Origin: a virus
Taxonomy: Duplodnaviria > Caudoviricetes
Reading direction: 5' to 3' (one strand)
DNA length: 33,410 nucleotides
IMG/VR virus record: IMGVR_UViG_3300025267_000060
Span: 1-33,410 of that record
Shown: positions 15,817-25,527 of the stretch, one piece after another
Numbering within the stretch: the stretch's first letter is position 1
How the letters are laid out: every line of letters starts with the position of its first letter
Position numbers and translations under genes: made by a program
Notes under the pieces: generated by a model
Told to the model about the DNA's origin: nothing
What the model saw: only the letters and a program-made list of their open reading frames with translations
Database searches by the model: none

Positions 15817-15907
15817 GAATCTCAGATATGTCTCATGGGAATTGATGTTTCAATTGTCAGTTGCCAGCTTCATACTTGGATTTTTTCTAATGATATACTT
15901 TTATTAA
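15734..15907 (+). CDS. Small membrane protein, 57 aa, overlapping the MTase 3' end (absent from ORF track)
   Basis: MFMQLLKKLRVGLFLLGYLRHTFYTEIKNLRYVSWELMFQLSVASFILGFFLMIYFY*. AGGA/AAGGA upstream (ATG15740 is an alternative start). It fills the gap up to the holin SD. Confidence 0.5.
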   Translation: MFMQLLKKLRVGLFLLGYLRHTFYTEIKNLRYVSWELMFQLSVASFILGFFLMIYFY

Positions 15908-15919
15908 TAGGAGAATGAT

Positions 15920-16330
15920 ATGGCTTTATTTGGAATAGCAGATGCCGTGGTGGGTGTAGTAGGTAATGTACTGGACAAGTTCGTGGAGGATAAAGACCTA
16001 CGAGCAAAGCTCAACCATGAATTGAAGACACAGGTGCAACAGGCTAATCTTGCACAGATAGCTGTTAATCAGGAACAGGCAAGGCATCCTTCCATCTTTG
16101 TGGCTGGGGCTAGACCTGCCATCATGTGGATATGTGCCTTTGGTCTTGGATGGCAATTCGTATTCCAGCCTATATGTGTCTGGGGTATGGCTATCTGGAC
16201 TCCTGACTTAACGATACCTGTCATACCAACAGAAGGGTTGATGACATTAACCTTGTCATTGCTTGGTCTGGGTGGTATGAGAAGTTTTGAAAAGTCCAAG
16301 GGAGTGCAAAGAAATAATTTAAATAACTAA
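15920..16330 (+). CDS. Holin of the 3TM (GTA-release, DUF3154-like) family
   Basis: LDKFVEDKD, NLAQI.VN..A.H.S.FVAGARPAIMWIC, and LLGLGGMRSFEK.KG. Confidence 0.88.
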   Translation: MALFGIADAVVGVVGNVLDKFVEDKDLRAKLNHELKTQVQQANLAQIAVNQEQARHPSIFVAGARPAIMWICAFGLGWQFVFQPICVWGMAIWTPDLTIPVIPTEGLMTLTLSLLGLGGMRSFEKSKGVQRNNLNN

Positions 16331-16331
16331 C

Positions 16332-16739
16332 ATGCTGACTGAACGACAAGAAAGGTTTGCTCAAGCTTATATCATTCATCGTAATGCAACGGAAGCTGCC
16401 AAGACTGCTGGCTACTCTCTTAAATCAGCCAACAATCAAGGCTATCGTATGCTCAAGAACGATGAGATACAAGAAAGAATAGCTGATCTTGAAAATGAAC
16501 TTGTAACAAATATTGATGTCATAGAAGAAATTGAAAATCAATATACTTTTGCCAAGGCAAATGGACATACCAATAGTGCCATTAAAGCCTTGGAATTATT
16601 ATCCAGAATAAGGGGAGCAAAGGGTGACAAAGATGTAGATCTATCCAAGGATGGACTTAGAACTGGTATCATTGATGCCCTGAAAGTTCTTGGAAAAAAG
16701 AATGTTATGGAACTTGTTAAAGAATGTAACTTTACATAG
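16332..16739 (+). CDS. terS: Terminase small subunit
   Basis: LTERQERFAQAY...NATEAAKTAGYS...GYRML.N..I...I HTH motif, followed by AIKALELL. Confidence 0.85.
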   Translation: MLTERQERFAQAYIIHRNATEAAKTAGYSLKSANNQGYRMLKNDEIQERIADLENELVTNIDVIEEIENQYTFAKANGHTNSAIKALELLSRIRGAKGDKDVDLSKDGLRTGIIDALKVLGKKNVMELVKECNFT

Positions 16740-16748
16740 GAGAGATAT

Positions 16749-17129
16749 ATGAAAAATATTATTATAATACTGGCTTCAGTATTCTTATTTGGAGCATGTG
16801 GTTGGGCTTGGCTTACTCCAGCAACGGCAGAAGAGGTAAAGATTGAACCACTTCCTGATCCCATATTAGCTCCTCTGCCAGATAGGAAAGGGTATAGTAC
16901 TCTTCCCGGCTGGTCAGCAGGCTATAGATATAACTTTAATGTAGATAATCAAGAATTATCCAAGGTAAGATTATTCATTAAACGAAAGTCAAAAGCTGGA
17001 CATATAATTAAGTTTGCATGGGAGAGGCAAACAGGAGACTTCCCTAACTTCTTCAGGGATGGTACCAGTGAAGGTCTTTCTTTGAACAAGACAGGAGCCT
17101 TCTTCATAGAACATGAGATTAAATTCTAA
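16749..17129 (+). CDS. Exported protein; possible small outer-membrane beta-strand protein or lipoprotein
   Basis: N-terminal signal peptide (MKNIIIILASVFLFGAC...ATA-EE), alternating amphipathic strands, C-terminal Phe (FIEHEIKF). AGGAG SD. Confidence 0.65.
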   Translation: MKNIIIILASVFLFGACGWAWLTPATAEEVKIEPLPDPILAPLPDRKGYSTLPGWSAGYRYNFNVDNQELSKVRLFIKRKSKAGHIIKFAWERQTGDFPNFFRDGTSEGLSLNKTGAFFIEHEIKF

Positions 17130-17287
17130 TTAGATTTACCATTACGTTTGTTCCACAGTTCAAATAGTGTTTTTACTTTTTCCTTCACAACTTCAATATC
17201 AGAGTGCATCCTTGCTAATATAATAATAAGAGAAACAAGTGCAAGTAAGATGGGCCAAGAAGTTCGTATTAAATCCATCCAATCCAT
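17126..17287 (-). CDS. Small membrane protein, 53 aa, one TM plus a basic amphipathic tail (absent from ORF track)
   Basis: MDWMDLIRTSWPILLALVSLIIILARMHSDIEVVKEKVKTLFELWNKRNGKSN*. Strong TAAGGAG SD; lies directly downstream of the endolysin. Confidence 0.8.
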   Translation of the reverse strand: MDWMDLIRTSWPILLALVSLIIILARMHSDIEVVKEKVKTLFELWNKRNGKSN

Positions 17288-17308
17288 TTATTTCTCCTTA
17301 TTGTTTTA

Positions 17309-17686
17309 TTATTTATAACTCCAGATTGTTGGAGATGTATAGTTATCCATGTCCAGATGGACAAACCTATCTTCCTTTGAACCATGCTGCTTTATTCCGA
17401 TGCCCATAAAGCCATGTTCAGTAGCCAATCTAATTATATTATAAGCCTTTTTGCTATGACATGCAACATCCACGGCCTTACCTTGCATGTGTGGAGAGTC
17501 TCTGTTGCCTCCAATAACATCATTATAGGCTAGATGTCTGTATCCTGATATTATCTTCATGTACTGATTTAGTTCTCTACGAAGAGCTACGAGCTTCTTC
17601 ATAAACTCCTCGTCCATATCTATTTCACCTGTTCCTTTACATCTTAATTCATCTTCTGAGAAAAACTCCCAACGCTTCTTCATCAC
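17309..17686 (-). CDS. Endolysin, peptidase M15A family
   Basis: FFSEDELRCK, ISGYR...N..IGG...SPHMQGKAVDV (Zn ligands H and D), GIGI, and FVHLD. Confidence 0.9.
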   Translation of the reverse strand: MMKKRWEFFSEDELRCKGTGEIDMDEEFMKKLVALRRELNQYMKIISGYRHLAYNDVIGGNRDSPHMQGKAVDVACHSKKAYNIIRLATEHGFMGIGIKQHGSKEDRFVHLDMDNYTSPTIWSYK

Positions 17687-17691
17687 TACTC

Positions 17692-18531
17692 CTATATTGG
17701 TCGTGGATTGTAGGGGTATGGATTACGGGATATCATACCACCTGTATTTCTTGTTGGTTTCTTTGGTGGTGGTTTAATGATACCTATTCCTATTAAGGCT
17801 TCCAAAGGAGCCATATCTATAGCACTTTCTATATATTCTTGTCGTTCTTTACGACGTTTCGGGTCTTTTGATTTTGAATACCAATCTCCTATAAGATTTC
17901 TTATATCTTCCTCAGATAAATTATTTATATCTAATCCACGTTGAGCAGCCTTTATTGATAATCCTTTTTCAGCTAAAGTTCTGTATATTCTTTTTTCGTT
18001 TTCATCAAAACCAAAACCTCTTCCACCGGGACCAAAACTGGGATTAGATGTTATTCCTTTATTAAACTCTTGAAATTTAATACTTTGTCTTATTAATTTA
18101 TTTGTTAATTTTCTTTCATCATCTGTAAGATCTGATTTTAATAAATCTTTCAATAGACCTTCTCTGATTTGTCCCGGTCCAAAAGCATCCGTACCCTTAC
18201 CTTTAACCATAGTTCTCATAAATGGATCATCATATATTCCTGTTTCTTTTTTATAGATAATATCCATCATAGAAGGGATAACTTCAATTGGTTCACCAGC
18301 AGGTACTTCTTTTCTTTCTAACTCTTTTCTAGTAGTTGCGGGAAAAGCTTCTTCTGGTATACCGGGATCAAATGTTTCTCTTATCTTTTGTATAACATCT
18401 CCAGCTTTTCTTCCAAGAAGAGAAGATAAACCATCCTTACCTTCAGGACTATATCCCGGCCAAGTTTCTACTATTTCTTGTTCAGGAGCTTGTTGATTTT
18501 GAAGCAACTGTACTAAAGAATCTTCAGCCAT
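17692..18531 (-). CDS. Putative virion protein with a possible lysozyme-like (transglycosylase) domain
   Basis: IIYKKETG...AFGPGQI resembles the catalytic E and A-x-G-x-x-Q motifs; late ..Y...R..YI. Located after the ejection proteins. Function is tentative. Confidence 0.5.
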   Translation of the reverse strand: MAEDSLVQLLQNQQAPEQEIVETWPGYSPEGKDGLSSLLGRKAGDVIQKIRETFDPGIPEEAFPATTRKELERKEVPAGEPIEVIPSMMDIIYKKETGIYDDPFMRTMVKGKGTDAFGPGQIREGLLKDLLKSDLTDDERKLTNKLIRQSIKFQEFNKGITSNPSFGPGGRGFGFDENEKRIYRTLAEKGLSIKAAQRGLDINNLSEEDIRNLIGDWYSKSKDPKRRKERQEYIESAIDMAPLEALIGIGIIKPPPKKPTRNTGGMISRNPYPYNPRPI

Positions 18532-18773
18532 TACTTATCCATCCTCATGTAGTCATCTATCTTATCTTCCAACCTATCAAACCTGCCCATGATCTGCTGT
18601 AGGTCATCTTTAACGTCCTGCTTGGTTGCATAGGTCAGAGCAATATGCTCTCTATTCTCCAAGTTCTCTTCACGTATCTTTGTAATGGATGCAGTAGTGG
18701 TACGTATCCACCACAGAAATCCACCCACTGCCATTGTAAGGATGGCATTCCAAATCATGGTCATGTCCTGCAT
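18531..18773 (-). CDS. Small membrane protein with C-terminal coiled coil
   Basis: N-terminal TM (IWNAILTMAVGGFLWWI) followed by YATKQDV...RFDRLEDKID. TAATG coupling to the next gene. Confidence 0.8.
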   Translation of the reverse strand: MQDMTMIWNAILTMAVGGFLWWIRTTTASITKIREENLENREHIALTYATKQDVKDDLQQIMGRFDRLEDKIDDYMRMDK

Positions 18774-18774
18774 A

Positions 18775-21700
18775 TTATTTTGCTCCCGTTATTTCTTCCA
18801 GTAGATCTTCTAAAGTATCTGTAATTTCTGGTTTAAGTGTTGGTGTTACAGCCGATACAAAAGGTATTCCTCCTGCTATAGCTCTAGCTAGATTACGAGG
18901 CTGCTTATTAGCTGCCTGACCAACTGCTCTAACTAAATTATTTATAAATTGAGGACCGGGACCAAGTAGAACAGGTAGTGGATGAGTTCCATATTTATGA
19001 GAATTAAGAGCATCATAAACTACTGTACCGGGACCAAATATATTACTATCTAATAAAGCATTAGCCCACATACCCCATCCTTCTTGTTCTTTCCAAGGAC
19101 TTTCCTCATCTCCATAACGAAGTATATCTTTTAATTCTCGTATTCCAATACTTGCTGCTGTGATAAGCATAAGAGCAGTGAAATATCTCAATGCTTCGTC
19201 CAAGGGTATTCTTCCTCTGGCTAATGGTTTAGCCACTTCCCTCAAAGCTCTCATTCCTACAGTATTGCCAAAGGTCATCATGAATCCCTTGAGTTGTGCT
19301 ACCATAGCAAAATGAGGATTACTCATCCACAAAGGTCTGTTCACCACATTGGGATGCATAATAATTTCATCCACAAACTTGGACATAGCCTTACGAATTA
19401 ACTCAGGAGGAACTGGTCCAGCCTTATCTTCTGCCCATTGAAGAACTTCACTATTAGGATCATCTAATCTCATAGCTTTGGGAAGTAATCCCTGTTGCAT
19501 TAACCTACGTTTAGCCTCTAGAACTTCTCTTGTTACATTACCAGTTAGATCTGAACGAGCCAGTTTTGTAATATCTCTTTTCATTTGCCTTTGTGCAGCT
19601 TGAAAAGCCATGTCTCTACTGAATTGTGTTATCTGTGTAAGTAAAGTTATCTTAAAAAATTTATCTGTTACTTTTCTACTTACATCTATACCAGCTATAT
19701 CTCCCAGACGTTCAGCCAATGTACCATCATAACCTTGAAGAATACTATTGAATGCTTTTTCTTCTTCTCCTTTTTTCCACTTAGGAAATACACTTCTTAT
19801 GCCTTGCCTCATAGTATTTTGTGCAGCCTTTGCTGCTCCATACATGGCATCCTTTGTTCCAACTCTGGATAAAACTACAAGAGGTTCTGACATAGCAGTT
19901 AAAGCAGCCAATGGAAGTGTTAGAAGATATTGATAAGTTAGAAAATATCTTGATGCTGTTTTCCAATTTTGATGTTTGAATGGCTTATATCTATGTTGTA
20001 GAGCAGCAAAGATATTTTGCATCTGTTCCATTTCATTTCTATTTGGAGAAACATCTTCACCCTGTTGACGTAATTGTTTGATGGCTGGCTCAACAAAATC
20101 TTTTAATTCTTTTACATTTTTTCTTTGTATAGCCTGAAGAATATATTTATCAAGAACTCTCTTAACATTTCTTTCTACTAGACCAGCCTCATCCAACTTT
20201 CTAAATAACTCTGGATCTATAAACCTACGTTCCTCAAATGATTCTTTTGATTCTGGCATTCCTTTAGGTTTATCTATAGGAAAATCTAAATCCATATTCA
20301 TCTCATCAGGAAGATGAACTCCATCATTTCCTCGTATATTATTTATTATTCGATCAACCGTGCCTTCTCCTAGACCATGTTCTAACATGACCTTCTTCAT
20401 TCTATTTTGTCTCCACCATGTTCCTACTTTATATAGACGAGGAAAATAATTTTCTTCAAAGCCAAGATTAATACCAGCATTTAATAATAAACCAAATAAA
20501 CCTGTACCTTCAGCCTTCTTAGTTACTGTATCTTTTAATTGATTAAAGGATTCAGATTGTTCTATTTCACGTAGAGCTAATTCTGTATTTTTATTGGATT
20601 CTAATTCAGTACCAAGTTTAAATCCTAATCCACCTTCTGTGGGTCGAACCGGAACACCTATAGTTGCTACACCTCTACCTTTTATAAACTCTTGTCTTAA
20701 TGTATTATATGTTTCTTGTAAAGAAGTTTTAAGTTCTGGATCTTGTATGGCATCTATTTGAGGTAAGCTTTCTATATCATTTTTTAATGCATCCAGAAGT
20801 ACATCTCTAGTTATCTTAACTTCTGGTTGTACAATTTTTCCTAGTACTTCATCTTTAATAATAGTTGCAGCTCTTCGTGTCTCTGTATCTAAAGAAGGAT
20901 CATTAAATTTATCTTCATAAACTATAGCTTCAAATAATTTATCATTTTTTTTCTTTGGAATGCTTCTCATAATAAGAGGAAGTTTAATTTCTCTTCGTAC
21001 TCTCATTAAAGCATCATCTAATCGTTGACTTGAATCTGTGATTTGAGCACTAACATTATTATAATATTGTTCAAAACGATTAACAACTTGTAATCCTAGA
21101 TTACTACGACTAGCAAAACCAAGAAGAGGTGTTACTGATCTTCCAAGAATATCTGTAAATAATCCCGGCTTAAGTTCTTTTTTTCTTTGTTCAATAAATT
21201 TAGCTAGTTCTTCAGGTTCAAATTCTGCTCTACTTTCCAGATCTTCTTGTAACTTTTCTAATTCTTCGTTTCTACGTGCCACATTTTTACGTTGTACTTG
21301 TGCAACACTTCCAATACCTGTGCTGGCTACACCACCACCTAGACCACCCAAGGCTGCACTATCAATTAATCTTTTATTAAATTCAGCTTGATCATAAGGA
21401 TTAATTCCCTTTCCAGCAGCCAGACCAGCACTAGCTATTTGTACAACTTCTTGTCCTGCTTCTGTAAGAGCTTCTACTCCTGCTCCTCTCCCTCCTGACT
21501 TTAAAGCTCCCCATGCTATACTATCTTTAATATATTCTTTTGTTGCTACTTTTTCTGCATTATCTATAATTTCTGTGGCTGTTCCTTTTCCAAGAGGTTT
21601 TGAAAGTGCTTTAAATACAGCATCTTTTCCAGCCGTCTTTCTCCAAGAATTAACAACAGCCCCTGCTCCGACTCTATCCAGAAGACTTCCCCCTAATCCT

Positions 21701-22365
21701 CCAACTAATGCATATTTTTCTGCCTCTTCATCAGTGGCCCCTAACTTTTTAGCTTCATCATAAGTTGCTCCACCAATCATTAAAAAAGAAGGACTAAGAG
21801 CTGTAGCCAAACCTATTAAACCTGCACTTGTACCAGCAATAGCAGCAGGAATACCGACTGCCCCTAAACCTACTGCTGCTCCTGTGGCAACAACAGGGGC
21901 GGCTATTAATGCACCAGCAGCTATCCCTAAACTTGGAGCTACTGTAGCTGCTCCTTCGGAAACCCATTGCCATCCTCTTTCCAGCCCTTCCAGAATATCT
22001 CCTTCACTGAAATCTCCCTGTACATCTTCCCAAGCTTCTGTAAAACTGACACTACGAGTAGGTTGAGGTTTACTGGCAATTTCTCGTAGCTGTTTTTCTA
22101 TACCTTTTTTAGAAACTCCCTGTAGAAAAGTTCCAGTATCAGGAAAGTAATCTTCCATTACACTACCAATAACACCAAGGGTAGTATACATATTCTTCTG
22201 CATCTCATCCGTTTGCAGAGCAAGTCTATTCATTGGAGAATTACCATACTCTGAAGCTACAGGACCAAGATATCTCTTAGCCAGAGCAGGATTCATTGCT
22301 GTGAGTGCTTCTCCAGTATCAGGATCAGTAGGAGTAACTCCTAACATTTCTTCTAATGTAGGCAT
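18775..22365 (-). CDS. Large internal virion (DNA ejection) protein
   Basis: 1196 aa with a Gly/Ala-rich hydrophobic N-terminal third, an EALTEAGQE motif, NYFPR and a helical C-terminus. Position matches the last podovirus core protein. Confidence 0.75.
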   Translation of the reverse strand: MPTLEEMLGVTPTDPDTGEALTAMNPALAKRYLGPVASEYGNSPMNRLALQTDEMQKNMYTTLGVIGSVMEDYFPDTGTFLQGVSKKGIEKQLREIASKPQPTRSVSFTEAWEDVQGDFSEGDILEGLERGWQWVSEGAATVAPSLGIAAGALIAAPVVATGAAVGLGAVGIPAAIAGTSAGLIGLATALSPSFLMIGGATYDEAKKLGATDEEAEKYALVGGLGGSLLDRVGAGAVVNSWRKTAGKDAVFKALSKPLGKGTATEIIDNAEKVATKEYIKDSIAWGALKSGGRGAGVEALTEAGQEVVQIASAGLAAGKGINPYDQAEFNKRLIDSAALGGLGGGVASTGIGSVAQVQRKNVARRNEELEKLQEDLESRAEFEPEELAKFIEQRKKELKPGLFTDILGRSVTPLLGFASRSNLGLQVVNRFEQYYNNVSAQITDSSQRLDDALMRVRREIKLPLIMRSIPKKKNDKLFEAIVYEDKFNDPSLDTETRRAATIIKDEVLGKIVQPEVKITRDVLLDALKNDIESLPQIDAIQDPELKTSLQETYNTLRQEFIKGRGVATIGVPVRPTEGGLGFKLGTELESNKNTELALREIEQSESFNQLKDTVTKKAEGTGLFGLLLNAGINLGFEENYFPRLYKVGTWWRQNRMKKVMLEHGLGEGTVDRIINNIRGNDGVHLPDEMNMDLDFPIDKPKGMPESKESFEERRFIDPELFRKLDEAGLVERNVKRVLDKYILQAIQRKNVKELKDFVEPAIKQLRQQGEDVSPNRNEMEQMQNIFAALQHRYKPFKHQNWKTASRYFLTYQYLLTLPLAALTAMSEPLVVLSRVGTKDAMYGAAKAAQNTMRQGIRSVFPKWKKGEEEKAFNSILQGYDGTLAERLGDIAGIDVSRKVTDKFFKITLLTQITQFSRDMAFQAAQRQMKRDITKLARSDLTGNVTREVLEAKRRLMQQGLLPKAMRLDDPNSEVLQWAEDKAGPVPPELIRKAMSKFVDEIIMHPNVVNRPLWMSNPHFAMVAQLKGFMMTFGNTVGMRALREVAKPLARGRIPLDEALRYFTALMLITAASIGIRELKDILRYGDEESPWKEQEGWGMWANALLDSNIFGPGTVVYDALNSHKYGTHPLPVLLGPGPQFINNLVRAVGQAANKQPRNLARAIAGGIPFVSAVTPTLKPEITDTLEDLLEEITGAK

Positions 22366-22376
22366 ATTATTCTTTC

Positions 22377-25106
22377 TTATCGTTTTCTAATAATTTTTTC
22401 TTTGCCCCATTGATACCATTTATTAGGAACATGTTTTCCTCCACCAAAGATAAGTTCTGCTGCCGCTTGTCTGGCTGCTGCTTGCTTATCTTTTGGTCCA
22501 ACTTGATTTTCATATATTTCTTCCGTTCTAAAAGCAAGTTGACCATATATTTTACTTTCTGGTTTTTTCATCTCCTCTATTATATACTTAGCAGCTTTTT
22601 GTGAATCTCCTGTCCAACCATAGTCTTTCATTCCTTTAGCAACAGCAGACATATCTTGTTCTAATGTATCAACAATTTCATTTAAATGTAATTGTCCAAA
22701 GTTAGCAAGCTCTGTCTTACTTAAACTACCTGTCTTATAATCTCCTATCTTATTTTTCAACCAAACAGCATCAGCCTTTTTAACTTCAGCATTTGCAAGA
22801 ATTTTAGCAATAATATTCTCAAATCTCTTCTGTTCACCCGTAGTTTTTAAGGTAGCTCTTACACCCTCAATATCTACCTGTGCTTTCAGGAATCCAAGAC
22901 CAGCCTGACGTTCTGCTGCCTTAATTTCTGATATTCGTTTAATAGCTTCAGGAGCAACTCTTTGTGCAACGGAAAGTAAATTCTCTCCCTCTCTAGGTGC
23001 AGTTGATCCAAATCTAGCAGAGGCATCTGCTAAAGCCAACCAATAATCTGCACCATATCCTTTTTTCTGAGCTTCTAAAGCTGCAAGTAATTCATCCTGT
23101 GCTGACTCCAAAGAAGAATAATCCTGTGTTTCTGGAACATCAGGAATTAAAGAACCTGTTAAAAAATCTTCAGGTCTTTGTATTATTTCCGGTCTTTCTG
23201 GAGGTGCAATTTCTGGTACAGGATCGTACACAGGATTAAAGCCCTCTTTAATTAATGCAGACTCTTCAGGATCTGTTACGAAGGGTCCTCTAGCATATTC
23301 TCCTCTAGCTCTGGCTTCTTCTATATCAGGTAATCCTGTTAATGCTCCTTCCTCTACCAATACATCGGCCTGTTGAATAGGAGTTAATTGACTATAGAGA
23401 GCAGCCTTTCTTGCAGCCTCTGCTGCTTTTACAAAATCAGAAGTTTCATCTATTTCATCATCAGCATCAAGATCATACATAATCGGTCCCTCTGGAGACA
23501 AGGTTCCTTCTGGGAGAAATTGTTCTCTTCCTTCCAAAACTTCTGGAGATACTTCAACACCTCCAAATAAATCAGCTATATAACTAGCTAAACCACCTAT
23601 CATTCCTTGCTCTCCATTTCCCATTGAACGGGAAAGTCTAGGAATTTCTGTACTTATTCTTCCTCGTCTGGCATTTCTAGACACAGTAAGTCCTGCCAGA
23701 CCACCCTCACTACGTCTAACACCCCTTTTACGTAGTTCTTCCATAATCATATTCAGATCCATAGCAGTAGGAGCAGTGGGGGAAGTAACAGGAGCAGGAG
23801 TATTTACACCTCCTACAGCACCAGAGGCATACCCACCTCCTAAATTAACTCCCAAAGGTCCACCTCCTTGATATTGAGGGACACCTACTCTGGAAGAAGG
23901 CCCAGAGAAGAGGTTGTAGGGGGGTCTAAGGGGATTCATGGGAGTGCCACCACCCAAAAGACCTACAAGCCCCCCAGCCCTCTTAAAACCACCAAAGGCT
24001 CCATATAACCCTACACCAGTACCGGCAGCACCCAACATAGTCTGTGCCAGAGATGGAGTGGGTATTGGAGGAGCTGATGTAACAATCTGTTGAGATGGAG
24101 TAAGAGGAAAGCCCCTAATGACAGAACCATATCTTTGCAGAGCTGTGGATGGAAATGCTTTTTCCTCTTCAAATTCTCTACGAGCTATGTCCAGAGCCTG
24201 TTGACTTCTAGCCTGTTGTGCTTCTCCTATACCAGCCAGACCTCCAATATCTCCTTTAGCTCTTCCAAAGGCACTCTCTCCCAGACCTGCAAATTGTCTG
24301 CCTCCGGTCATTTCCCTAGCTCTTTGTGCTTCAGCAGCCCTTTGAGCATTCTGAAATGCCGTGGACAAACCTGCTGCTTGAATATCACTTAACTGTCTTT
24401 GTAAATTTCTATTGGCCTCTGCCTCTACAATGGCCTGTCTGGAACCACCAAAGGAACCAGCCCCCACAGCCTGTGCAGCCCTTCTTTGTTGTGCTACATC
24501 TTCATCTCGTCTGGCCTCTCTCTTGGCAATATCTACTACATTCTGTAGAAATGGGTCCATCCTTCTTTGTATATCTTGTGTACCAACCTCAGACGTACCA
24601 AGGGCAGTTGCAGCCAAGGCAGGAGCATAATATGTGGAAGCTTGAGCTAGAGGAGTTCCAGCAAGTCCTTGTGCTCCAAACTGTTGCCTACCTGTGGCAA
24701 ATGCCTGTTCCTGTTCAGGAGTAAATGCAGCTAATTGTGGTCCCGGGAATGGTAAATATCCTTCTGCTTTTTCTCTTCCAAATTCTCCTTTGGCTTCTCC
24801 CAGAACATCGGAAATAAAAGGTTTTAATTCTGTAGGAAATTCAGATGTTTGAGTAACTGTTTGTGAAGTAGGAGCAGGGGGAGGAGAACCACCACCACCT
24901 TTATATTCTCTTAAACCAGTGACTTCATTAATAGTACCTGATCCACCCAGAGATTTCAGAAGAGATGCTTCAAATGTATTTACATGAGCAAGCTCTGTGT
25001 CTCCTTCTATGCCTTGTCCTGCAAGTTCACTATATAATTCCTTAAACAGTGTAACCTTTTCAGGCATACCTAAATTTGCAATATATTCTTGTGTATCAGT
25101 CATCAT
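22377..25106 (-). CDS. Internal virion / DNA pilot (ejection) protein
   Basis: 909 aa. KGGGGS..TQTS, LAAFTPEQEQAF, MDPFLQNVVD and AGSFGGSRQAIVEAE motifs, and an LGAAGTGVGLYGAF hydrophobic segment. Confidence 0.75.
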   Translation of the reverse strand: MMTDTQEYIANLGMPEKVTLFKELYSELAGQGIEGDTELAHVNTFEASLLKSLGGSGTINEVTGLREYKGGGGSPPPAPTSQTVTQTSEFPTELKPFISDVLGEAKGEFGREKAEGYLPFPGPQLAAFTPEQEQAFATGRQQFGAQGLAGTPLAQASTYYAPALAATALGTSEVGTQDIQRRMDPFLQNVVDIAKREARRDEDVAQQRRAAQAVGAGSFGGSRQAIVEAEANRNLQRQLSDIQAAGLSTAFQNAQRAAEAQRAREMTGGRQFAGLGESAFGRAKGDIGGLAGIGEAQQARSQQALDIARREFEEEKAFPSTALQRYGSVIRGFPLTPSQQIVTSAPPIPTPSLAQTMLGAAGTGVGLYGAFGGFKRAGGLVGLLGGGTPMNPLRPPYNLFSGPSSRVGVPQYQGGGPLGVNLGGGYASGAVGGVNTPAPVTSPTAPTAMDLNMIMEELRKRGVRRSEGGLAGLTVSRNARRGRISTEIPRLSRSMGNGEQGMIGGLASYIADLFGGVEVSPEVLEGREQFLPEGTLSPEGPIMYDLDADDEIDETSDFVKAAEAARKAALYSQLTPIQQADVLVEEGALTGLPDIEEARARGEYARGPFVTDPEESALIKEGFNPVYDPVPEIAPPERPEIIQRPEDFLTGSLIPDVPETQDYSSLESAQDELLAALEAQKKGYGADYWLALADASARFGSTAPREGENLLSVAQRVAPEAIKRISEIKAAERQAGLGFLKAQVDIEGVRATLKTTGEQKRFENIIAKILANAEVKKADAVWLKNKIGDYKTGSLSKTELANFGQLHLNEIVDTLEQDMSAVAKGMKDYGWTGDSQKAAKYIIEEMKKPESKIYGQLAFRTEEIYENQVGPKDKQAAARQAAAELIFGGGKHVPNKWYQWGKEKIIRKR

Positions 25107-25527
25107 TTATTTCCTTCACTAGAACAGTATAATACTTTTTATATCCTTTATTTCGTAAAGCTCTTGTCCAACCATCTCTACCAGCAGTTTCAATATGACT
25201 TATATTATTATCTTTACAAAACTTTTCAACAGGTTCACTCCAAACATCCATCCATTTCTTTAATGTATTTCTTTTTGTTCCCCATAGATGTCCTCTTAAA
25301 TGTTTTTGATTTGGATAAATATAAATCTCTGTTGTAAATGCTCCAATAATTTCCTTCTCTTCTTCGTCCACTATAACCCAAAGTTGTTGTCTTTGTTCCT
25401 TTAACCACTCTTTTACATCTTCTAGATTAATTTCTCCTATTGTACGTTTCAAAGCCTTATTTAAAAAAGGACTAACATAAGACCATAAAACATCTATATA
25501 TTGTGGTTCTGCTTTGTATACAATCAT
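25096..25527 (-). CDS. GNAT-fold acetyltransferase-like protein in the virion module
   Basis: W..V.P.L.KAL, QLWVIV, IIGAFTTEI..YP, and C-terminal IETAGRDGW.R.L...GY. Located between ejection genes. Confidence 0.6.
   Translation of the reverse strand: MIVYKAEPQYIDVLWSYVSPFLNKALKRTIGEINLEDVKEWLKEQRQQLWVIVDEEEKEIIGAFTTEIYIYPNQKHLRGHLWGTKRNTLKKWMDVWSEPVEKFCKDNNISHIETAGRDGWTRALRNKGYKKYYTVLVKEINDD

Noticed and set aside
304-16864. Minus-strand ORFs in the left arm (e.g. 3562..3858, 4083..4463, 5822..6187, 9437..9907, 10506..10844, 16538..16864)
   Set aside because: They lie antisense to well-supported genes, lack SD sequences and show no recognisable motifs; treated as shadow ORFs.
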